From contig JBBQUC010000001.1 of NCBI GenBank assembly GCA_038212815.1, positions 1-25,278 on the forward strand: DNA of 25,278 nt, given 5' to 3'. The DNA comes from Cytophagales bacterium. GTDB taxonomy: Bacteria > Bacteroidota > Bacteroidia > Cytophagales > Spirosomataceae. The position numbers and the translations under genes were made by a program. How positions within the stretch are numbered: the stretch's first letter is position 1; each line of letters begins with the position of its first letter. The notes under the pieces are model-generated. The model was not told the DNA's origin and did no database searches. It worked only from the letters and a program-made list of their open reading frames with translations. This document shows positions 15,238 to 22,301 of this stretch, piece after piece.

Positions 15238-15308
15238 TGCCCGATCGTCTAAGGGTAGGACGACAGATTTTGGTTCTGTTTGTGGAGGTTCGAATCCTTC
15301 TCGGGCAA
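15238..15308 (+). tRNA. tRNA-Gln (anticodon TTG)
   Basis: Acceptor stem TGCCCGA/TCGGGCA, anticodon arm ACAGA-TTTTGGT-TCTGT (anticodon 15270-15272), T-arm GGAGG-TTCGAAT-CCTTC. CCA is not encoded. Confidence 0.95.
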
Positions 15309-15324
15309 CAGACACTTTACGTCA

Positions 15325-15360
15325 AAAACCCCGGTAAACATCAGTGTTTACCGGGGTTTT
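15325..15360. terminator. Perfect 16-bp hairpin after the tRNA (terminator-like)
   Basis: AAAACCCCGGTAAACA-TCAG-TGTTTACCGGGGTTTT. Confidence 0.75.
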
Positions 15361-15485
15361 GTCTGTTAGTCCTTTCTCAAATTACCAACAATTCAGCTTA
15401 CTCGACCAGACCCGCGAAGCCTGTTACGACGTTGATTTTGGCATTACGATACCTGTTCAATTGTTAAACTATTCTCCCCTTAATC

Positions 15486-16337
15486 ATGATGAGAAAAATC
15501 GTAAAAATCATTGGATGGAGCCTTTTAGGCTTGGTTGTGCTGTTGGTTGGTGCGGGCAGCTTGTTCATGTATAAAGTTCAGAACGGTTTTCCGGTGAGCT
15601 ATGAAACTGAAAGACCAGCCATTAACTTTCTCCAGAACCAACCCGCTATCTTAGTATTTTCTAAAACAACCGGTTTTCGGCACGCCGAATCCATCGAGGC
15701 TTCAAACCCCATTTTCCAGGAGATGGCCCGGCGCAACGGCTGGTTTGTATACGAAACCGAAGCAGGGGGTGTGTTCAACCCCGAACAGCTTCGACAGTTC
15801 AAGGCGGTGGTCTTCAATAATTCGACGGGCCGGGTGCTGAACGATGAACAGCAGGAAGCCCTCGGTCAGTATGTGGAAGCGGGTGGGTCACTCATCGGGA
15901 TTCACGGAGCCGGGGATGGGTCGCATCATTGGCCCTGGTATCAGACGAACGTACTCGGCACTGAATTTTCGCACCATCCGCTTAGCCCACAGTTTCAAAA
16001 AGCTGAGGTACTGGTAGAAACGGCTGTCGATTCAGCCCTGACCCGCAACCTGCCCCGTTCCTGGACGCATGAAGACGAATGGTATGTCTTCTTCGGTCAG
16101 CCTAAAGGGGCTAAAGTCGTATCGTACATCAATGGCGATAAGATTATTCCCAATGGGAACATGCTCTGGATCAAGGATAAAAACTTTGGTATGGGCAAAT
16201 ACCACCCGGTTGCCTGGTATCGGTCGGTCGGCAAAGGGAAAACGTTTTACACCTCAATGGGCCATAGTGCAGCCGTTTGGCAAGACGCTAAGTTTGTCCG
16301 TCTGGTAGAAAATGCCCTCCGGTGGACGCAGCGATAG
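15486..16337 (+). CDS. ThuA-like domain protein (class I glutamine amidotransferase-like fold) with an N-terminal membrane anchor
   Basis: ILVFSKTTGFRHAESI, FNNSTG, LIGIHGA, W.H.DEWY.F, HPVAWY and GKTFYTSMGH. Confidence 0.85.
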   Translation: MMRKIVKIIGWSLLGLVVLLVGAGSLFMYKVQNGFPVSYETERPAINFLQNQPAILVFSKTTGFRHAESIEASNPIFQEMARRNGWFVYETEAGGVFNPEQLRQFKAVVFNNSTGRVLNDEQQEALGQYVEAGGSLIGIHGAGDGSHHWPWYQTNVLGTEFSHHPLSPQFQKAEVLVETAVDSALTRNLPRSWTHEDEWYVFFGQPKGAKVVSYINGDKIIPNGNMLWIKDKNFGMGKYHPVAWYRSVGKGKTFYTSMGHSAAVWQDAKFVRLVENALRWTQR

Positions 16338-16383
16338 CCCTTATAGATGGAACCCCGCAATGTCTGTTTTTGTCTGGTAACTA

Positions 16384-17508
16384 ATGCACCTCTACCTGCA
16401 CATACCGTTCTGCAAGCAAGCCTGCCACTACTGCGACTTTCATTTCAGTACCAATCAGCAGCAGAAAGGGCGGTTGGTAACGGCCATGACCCGAGAGATT
16501 ACACTCCAGTCCGATTACCTGCCCAAACGCCCGCTCGAAACCATCTATTTTGGGGGCGGTACGCCCTCGCTGCTCACCGAAGCCGAGTTAGCTGAACTCT
16601 TCGAGGCCATTCATGCGCAGTTTGTGGTGGCCCCCAACGCTGAGATTACCCTTGAAGCGAACCCCGACGATCTGACCGAGGCCAAACTCCGGCTGTTGCG
16701 TTCCGATATAAACCGGCTCAGTATTGGTATTCAGACCTTTGATGAGGCCACCCTCCGCTGGATGAACCGCGCTCACACCGCCACCGAAGCTGAAACCTGT
16801 GTGCAGAGGGCCAGGCAGGCAGGTTTCGGGAACCCGAGCGTCGATTTGATTTATGGGCATTCAGAAGCCGTTCTAGTTACCGACCTGACCTGCTTGCTGG
16901 CACTCGATGTGCCGCATGTGTCGGCGTACGCGCTTACTATTGAACCCGACACCGCCTTTGGGCGATGGACGAAGCAGGGTAAACTGAAGCCACTGGATGA
17001 CGACCTGGCAGCCAGCCAGTTTGTGGCCGTGCGGGCCGCGCTCACGGGCGTGGGGTACGAAGACTACGAGATTTCGAACTTTGCCAAACGGGGGGCCAAC
17101 GGTCAGGTTCAGTATGCCCGTCACAACACAGCCTACTGGCAGCAGAAACCGTATCTGGGCATCGGCCCATCGGCCCACTCGTACAATGGGGGGAGTCGGC
17201 AGGCCAATGTGGCCAACAATGCCCGTTATATTCAGGCGATAGTGCAGGGCAACATTCCTGCCGAGCGGGAAGAACTGACCCCTGCTGATCAGGTGAATGA
17301 CTATTTGCTAACGGGTCTGCGTACGCAGTGGGGGTGCCAGGTTAGCCAACTCGATACCTTGCTGGGTAGCCGTTTTGATCACCAGATGCGTACCGAACTT
17401 ATTGATTTACAGTATAAAGGCTGGCTTGACTATAGCAACGGCCTGCTGCGTCTGACTGAAGCGGGCAAGCTCTTTGCCGACCGGGTAGCGGCTGACCTGT
17501 TTGTTTAG
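16384..17508 (+). CDS. hemW: Radical SAM family heme chaperone HemW
   Basis: LYLHIPFCKQACHYCDF (CxxxCxxC with the HemW-type HIPF), TIYFGGGTPS, YEISNF, HN.AYW, and the C-terminal HemN_C-like LTEAGKLFAD. Confidence 0.9.
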   Translation: MHLYLHIPFCKQACHYCDFHFSTNQQQKGRLVTAMTREITLQSDYLPKRPLETIYFGGGTPSLLTEAELAELFEAIHAQFVVAPNAEITLEANPDDLTEAKLRLLRSDINRLSIGIQTFDEATLRWMNRAHTATEAETCVQRARQAGFGNPSVDLIYGHSEAVLVTDLTCLLALDVPHVSAYALTIEPDTAFGRWTKQGKLKPLDDDLAASQFVAVRAALTGVGYEDYEISNFAKRGANGQVQYARHNTAYWQQKPYLGIGPSAHSYNGGSRQANVANNARYIQAIVQGNIPAEREELTPADQVNDYLLTGLRTQWGCQVSQLDTLLGSRFDHQMRTELIDLQYKGWLDYSNGLLRLTEAGKLFADRVAADLFV

Positions 17509-17513
17509 TGCAG

Positions 17514-18341
17514 TTATTGTTTGGCCAGGGTAATGGCCAGCCAGAACCGGGTTTGGGTAATGCCGCTACTCCGCTGGAACCCACCCCCGCCATAGCCCAT
17601 ACCGCCCCCGTAGCCACCCATACCCCCGTAACCCATACCGCCACCATAGCCCCCCATACCGCCGTAGCCACCCATACGGCCCATTCCCCCCATGCCCATG
17701 CCACTACCCATAGCACTGTTGTTTTGCGAGGCTGTCGATTTAGGCATTTGTGGCTGGTTAGTTTCAAACCCAACGGCAACGGTTGGAGTGCCATCGGCCT
17801 GCACCTCGAAGATTTCGAGCGGCAGGATGAGGTGATAGACCATGACCCCATATTCCAGGGTGAGCGAAGCCTGAATACCCGACGGGTCGCCCTTGGGCGA
17901 TGCCAGCATGCCCTCTTTATCGGCCCCGGCCAGGCCAATCAGGTTCATGTCGGTTTTATGGTCGATCAGATACTGCTTCATCACGTTCCGATCTGTGTTT
18001 TTGGCCAGCGCTGCCGGTGGGCCTGCGGTTCGGTCCTCAGGCATGGGGTACTGAATACCCTGTTTGGTATTTTTCTTGCCTTTACCATCAATCCAGATGG
18101 TGCTGCCAAAAATAAGAGCTTTCACCTGGTCGGCCTCTTTCAGCAGCCGAATGGTAAGCAGCAGGTTTTTGGCATCGTTCATGGCCACGGCGGTAGCTTC
18201 TACCTTCGGCAGCATCATGCCTGTGTCGCCGGGGGTAACCACGGCGGTTTTCCACACGCTCTGGATCGGAACAAGTTTTTGGGCAAAGGCCGCGTTGGCC
18301 AGGGTAACGGCCATGAGTATAGAAAAAGCGAACTGTTTCAT
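17514..18341 (-). CDS. Secreted hypothetical protein with a Gly/Met/Tyr-rich low-complexity segment
   Basis: Signal peptide MKQFAFSILMAVTLANAAFA-Q, 275 aa. Confidence 0.8.
   Translation of the reverse strand: MKQFAFSILMAVTLANAAFAQKLVPIQSVWKTAVVTPGDTGMMLPKVEATAVAMNDAKNLLLTIRLLKEADQVKALIFGSTIWIDGKGKKNTKQGIQYPMPEDRTAGPPAALAKNTDRNVMKQYLIDHKTDMNLIGLAGADKEGMLASPKGDPSGIQASLTLEYGVMVYHLILPLEIFEVQADGTPTVAVGFETNQPQMPKSTASQNNSAMGSGMGMGGMGRMGGYGGMGGYGGGMGYGGMGGYGGGMGYGGGGFQRSSGITQTRFWLAITLAKQ
17580..17711 (-). repeat. Coding low-complexity repeat, 44 aa, including MGGYGGGMGYGG x2
   Basis: The two 36-nt units (17586-17621 and 17622-17657) encode identical peptides but differ at synonymous positions. Confidence 0.9.
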
Positions 18342-18581
18342 CCGATTCGGGTAACCGCTTTATTAAGTGATTGTGAGTACTACTATATCGGCGTTTACAC
18401 CAGTAAAGATACCCAGTCCGGTGATAACATTGGGTTATGGGGTCGTAATGTTTTGCGAAAAGCAACCTTTTATTCACTAAAGCTGTAGGAGTATTCGTTG
18501 ATAGAGTTGGATACGTAAGCGTATATAAGTAGCCTGGCCTATCCAATCTGGTTCAATTTCATCATTCATTTACTAATTCCT

Positions 18582-19145
18582 ATGAAAAAAGTTCTGTATC
18601 TGTTTGTTGCCCTGCTTACACTCCAACTTGCCTCGTGCAGTAAGGTAGTTGACCCTACCGACGCGGGCGATGCCAGCCTGAGCAGTGCCCGGTTGGCGGC
18701 CAACGGCCCTGGCCGTAAAGGATTGACCATTGTGGATGTGGCCACCTTGCCTGCCTTAGTAGCCAGCTATGTTAGCACGACCTATCCCGGTGCCACCATC
18801 AAACATGCTGCTACCGATGCCGCCGGCGATTTAGTAGTGCTGGTGCGGCTGGCCGACGGGAGCCGCAAAGCCCTGGTGTTCGATGCCAAAGGTGCGTTTA
18901 AGCAGGAGTTGCAGCCTCGCCCAAAAGATGGCAAAGGGGGAAGACTCTGTAAAATGGATGCCGTTTCGCTACCTTCGTCGGTGACCGATTATATCACCAA
19001 AAGTTACGCTGGTGCGGTAGTTGATTTCGCCGTGAGCGACAAAGCCGGTGATTTTCTGGTGCTGATTACCCAAAATGGGGTGAAGAAAGGCCTGATCTTC
19101 GATGCCGCCGGGAATTTCAAGAAAGAATTGGAGAAGAGAAAATAG
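18582..19145 (+). CDS. Lipoprotein with two PepSY-like (BLIP-like) repeats
   Basis: Lipobox LAS-C. Two copies of LP..V..Y....Y.GA.......D..G...V.......K.L.FDA.G.FK.EL. Confidence 0.8.
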   Translation: MKKVLYLFVALLTLQLASCSKVVDPTDAGDASLSSARLAANGPGRKGLTIVDVATLPALVASYVSTTYPGATIKHAATDAAGDLVVLVRLADGSRKALVFDAKGAFKQELQPRPKDGKGGRLCKMDAVSLPSSVTDYITKSYAGAVVDFAVSDKAGDFLVLITQNGVKKGLIFDAAGNFKKELEKRK

Positions 19146-19163
19146 AGGTACTACTGGCTAATC

Positions 19164-19203
19164 ACGCCACAGCCCAACTGAGTCTTCAGTTGGGCTGTGG
19201 CGT
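19164..19203. terminator. Bidirectional terminator hairpin between convergent genes
   Basis: ACGCCACAGCCCAACTGA-GTCT-TCAGTTGGGCTGTGGCGT, a perfect 18-bp stem. Confidence 0.8.
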
Positions 19204-19242
19204 TTATGACCCTTATAGCGGCTTCCATATACCAGCCAACAT

Positions 19243-20274
19243 TTACGGTTTCAGTACCACTTTAATCAATCCCTTTTCCTTCTCGTATAACCGCTTGAAC
19301 CAGCCAGGGCCTTCAGCCAGGGGAACTTCGGCACTCAGGATGGCTTCGACGTTCATTTTGCCGGAGGCTATCAGCGATAGGGCGGCTTCATACTCGCCGT
19401 TGATGGCGCACGACCCCTGCAATCGCAATTGCCGGGTTACGACTGCCTGTACCGGTATCTCGGCTTTGGGGCTGAGGTTGCCCACCAGTGTAACCGTGGC
19501 CCCTTTTCGTACGCAGGCAATGGCCGTATTCACCGTGGCCGACATGCCCACCACCTCGAACGCGACATCGGCCCCTCGCCCGTGAGTATGGTGCTGCACC
19601 TGCTCTACTAAATCGGGTAGGTTCGCATTCAGGGTTACGTCGGCACCGAGGGTTTTGGCCAGAGCCAACCGGTCATCGTCAAGGTCAATGGCAATGATCG
19701 GGCCGCAGCCCGCCAGTTTCAGCCCCTGAATCACGAACAGGCCAATCATGCCCGCCCCTACTACTACCGCCGAATCGTTGACCTGAAGAGGAGTCAGGTT
19801 TAGGGCGTGAAGGGCTACCGCTACTGGCTCTACCAGGGCGGCCTGCGTGAAACTTACCCCTTCTGGAATGGCGTATAGAATATGCTGGGGTACGGCTACA
19901 AACTCGGCAAAGGCCCCATTGCGTCTAAAATCCGGGGTCGATACCCCCACCACCTCGCGCCCATCCGACAGGTTATACAGTCCCCTCCGACTATACCAGT
20001 CGTCGAGGGCATACACCGTCGAATCGAAGGTAACACGGTCACCAATGGCCCACCCACGCACATCGGCCCCTACTTCGGCAATAATGCCCGATGCTTCGTG
20101 GCCCATGATGATAGGCGGTATCCGCCGACCGCTGCTGCCATCCATCCCGTGGATGTCGGAGCCACAAATACCAACGGCCTGTACGCGCACCAGCACATCG
20201 GCAGGCCGAATGGTAGGGCGTGGCACGTCTTGCAGGTCAATGTGGTTGTATTGGGTTAAAACGAGTGCTTTCAT
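19243..20274 (-). CDS. Zn-dependent medium-chain dehydrogenase (galactitol-1-phosphate / L-iditol dehydrogenase-like)
   Basis: GICGSD, MGHE, Rossmann GAGMIG, LVEPVAVALHA. Confidence 0.9.
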   Translation of the reverse strand: MKALVLTQYNHIDLQDVPRPTIRPADVLVRVQAVGICGSDIHGMDGSSGRRIPPIIMGHEASGIIAEVGADVRGWAIGDRVTFDSTVYALDDWYSRRGLYNLSDGREVVGVSTPDFRRNGAFAEFVAVPQHILYAIPEGVSFTQAALVEPVAVALHALNLTPLQVNDSAVVVGAGMIGLFVIQGLKLAGCGPIIAIDLDDDRLALAKTLGADVTLNANLPDLVEQVQHHTHGRGADVAFEVVGMSATVNTAIACVRKGATVTLVGNLSPKAEIPVQAVVTRQLRLQGSCAINGEYEAALSLIASGKMNVEAILSAEVPLAEGPGWFKRLYEKEKGLIKVVLKP

Positions 20275-20309
20275 GAGGATTTGCCCTCACGGTCGGCCAG
20301 CCGTGGGAT

Positions 20310-22301
20310 TTACGTTGGTTTCTGGTATATATACACAAACACTTCTTTGGGCAGAAACTCCTGCTCTTCGCGCAGCAGGTGGGGGTTTAGTTCATAAACC
20401 ATCACTTCCTGATAACTGTCGGGCGATTCGCCGAAGAGGTCACGCTCGCGGGTGGCGGAATACTGGGCTTTAATCCAGACCAGCCGCTGCTCCGGGGCTT
20501 TTCCCCAGGCGCGGTTATCGCCCAGCACCAGTTGAATTTTGGCCCAGTCATTGTAGAAATACTCGGCCAGCAACGGGATGAGCTTATCGCGGAAAGCCCT
20601 GCACAATTCGGGGAGGCTAGTTACCTCAAGTAGGTACGCATGGCCGATCTGATGGTCGCGGTCAAGCAGGTATTCGATCCGCTCGTTGATGGTTCGGAGC
20701 AGCGCTGCCAGATCGATACCCTCCACAATGGGCAGCAGTGATGGGTCGGGCAGCACCTCCTGAAACGCAAACCGCCGACGCAAGGCCAGGTCGATGAGGG
20801 CAATGGAGCGGTCGGCGGTGTTCATGGTGCCCACTACATGCAGGTTGAGCGGCACCCCAAACCGCTCCTGCGAGTAGGGCAGCGTGAGCCAGAGTTCTTC
20901 GGCGGCACCCAGCCGCTTACTGGCTTCGAGCAGGGTGATGAGTTCGCCAAAGACTTTTGAGATGTTGGCTCGGTTAATCTCATCGATGAGTAGGTAATGC
21001 AGGGGAGCCTGCTGTAGCCGACGCTGCCGGTTACCGGGCTGGTCGTTCAGACAGTCGGCCAGGGTTGCGTAACCAGCTTTCTGGATGGCGGTGATGCAGG
21101 CTTTATAAAACGACCCTTTCCTGATTTTGTACTGTACCTGTCCGCCAATCACTTCGGGCCGGATACCCTCCATAAACTCTTCATAGCCATACGATGGATG
21201 AAAAGTAATGACATCGGCCTCCGGGCCTATGAGTTGCCGGGCGGTATAGGTTTTGCCCGTACCTGGCGGGCCATACATAATCAGGTTTTTGGGCGTGTTG
21301 GCCAGGGGGTGGACTATGGTATATTCAGCAATTGGCTCATTAACTTCATTGGTCTCTAAACCAGCCAGATTCAGTAATTCCTGGTATTGCTCGGCTGACA
21401 AAGGAGCATTAGTCATACCTTGTGGATTAATAAAAACCCGCGATGCCGTAAACAACGGATTATCTGACCACATTGCCCGTGTCACTGGCTGTTCAAGCAA
21501 TTTATAATCATAGCGAACATTAACCGCTAATCGTTCTCCCTCGAACTCCTCTTTCACGCGGGCAAATTCCTGCAATTCAGCATAAGGTTTCACGATTGGA
21601 TTTTCCAGAACAGTTCCAAATGCGTAGATACCTGAATGAGCGCCTGAAACCAAAACACCAAAACGATCACCAGCCTTCATAACGTTCTTATAAAGCTGGC
21701 TAACCTTGAAATGGCTATATGTTTCGGCGCGTAATTCCCCTAACATATCGTAATACTTTGGGTAGGCGTGGAAAAGCCAGTAATTAAGCGTTTGTCTATC
21801 GTCACATCGAGCTTCGGTTAACAACTCCTCCCGAAAGGCTTCATCCTCAGCAGCCTGAAACACGACCCTGTCGTGTTTGGCGGTATGTGGGCCACGTTTA
21901 ACCGTTTCCACTAACTCAAGCAAACAATCGGCCCAACACTTTTGAAGTGTGTGATTCGCCAGCAGGTGAACACTGGATTGACCAATCACGACGGATACAT
22001 AATCGGACTTCTCCGTAAGCGGCACAAAGTCCACTTCTTCACTAAAGCGTAATTCCTGTCGGGATTCTTTTTTAATAGAAAGACTAAACTCGGTTTCTCC
22101 AGCGCGGGGCGTAGTAATTTGAAGGGCCGGAAAGAAATTTACATGGGCCGTAATAGTACGCTCTTTAGTTGTGACAAATGCCAGCCGGGGGTCGCCGTTG
22201 GGCAGGTTCACTATGTCGATCAACTCTTTAAGCAGGCCAAAAAATCGCCGAATTGCTTCGGGATGGTTGATCTCGCGGATGCGGTCGAGGAGAGCGGTCA
22301 T
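20310..22301 (-). CDS. McrB family AAA+ GTPase with an N-terminal domain of unknown function and an EVE-like domain
   Basis: Walker [24 protein letters not shown], Walker [22 protein letters not shown], and the McrB signature MNTADRS..LALRRRF. EVE-like NYWLF...MKAGDR....SG...GIYA.G.V at ~21362-21785. Confidence 0.88.
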   Translation of the reverse strand: MTALLDRIREINHPEAIRRFFGLLKELIDIVNLPNGDPRLAFVTTKERTITAHVNFFPALQITTPRAGETEFSLSIKKESRQELRFSEEVDFVPLTEKSDYVSVVIGQSSVHLLANHTLQKCWADCLLELVETVKRGPHTAKHDRVVFQAAEDEAFREELLTEARCDDRQTLNYWLFHAYPKYYDMLGELRAETYSHFKVSQLYKNVMKAGDRFGVLVSGAHSGIYAFGTVLENPIVKPYAELQEFARVKEEFEGERLAVNVRYDYKLLEQPVTRAMWSDNPLFTASRVFINPQGMTNAPLSAEQYQELLNLAGLETNEVNEPIAEYTIVHPLANTPKNLIMYGPPGTGKTYTARQLIGPEADVITFHPSYGYEEFMEGIRPEVIGGQVQYKIRKGSFYKACITAIQKAGYATLADCLNDQPGNRQRRLQQAPLHYLLIDEINRANISKVFGELITLLEASKRLGAAEELWLTLPYSQERFGVPLNLHVVGTMNTADRSIALIDLALRRRFAFQEVLPDPSLLPIVEGIDLAALLRTINERIEYLLDRDHQIGHAYLLEVTSLPELCRAFRDKLIPLLAEYFYNDWAKIQLVLGDNRAWGKAPEQRLVWIKAQYSATRERDLFGESPDSYQEVMVYELNPHLLREEQEFLPKEVFVYIYQKPT

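Noticed and set aside
15238-15360. Genomic island integrated at tRNA-Gln
   Set aside because: No integrase and no duplicate of the tRNA 3' end were found in the window, and the flanking genes look like core genes.
2282-17508. A window-wide heme theme linking the TDO-like gene, cytochrome b and hemW
   Set aside because: The genes are far apart in separate transcription units with no shared motif, so co-location is probably coincidental.
18354-18360. Fourth copy of the ACCGCTT box
   Set aside because: It is an isolated heptamer with no partner repeat 21 bp away and no CCAACTTTG at the conserved distance.
17508-18488. 326-aa + strand ORF with His/Thr/Ala repeats
   Set aside because: It is the antisense shadow of the Gly/Met/Tyr gene, which has a proper signal peptide. 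The repeats are just the complement of GGY/GGM codons.
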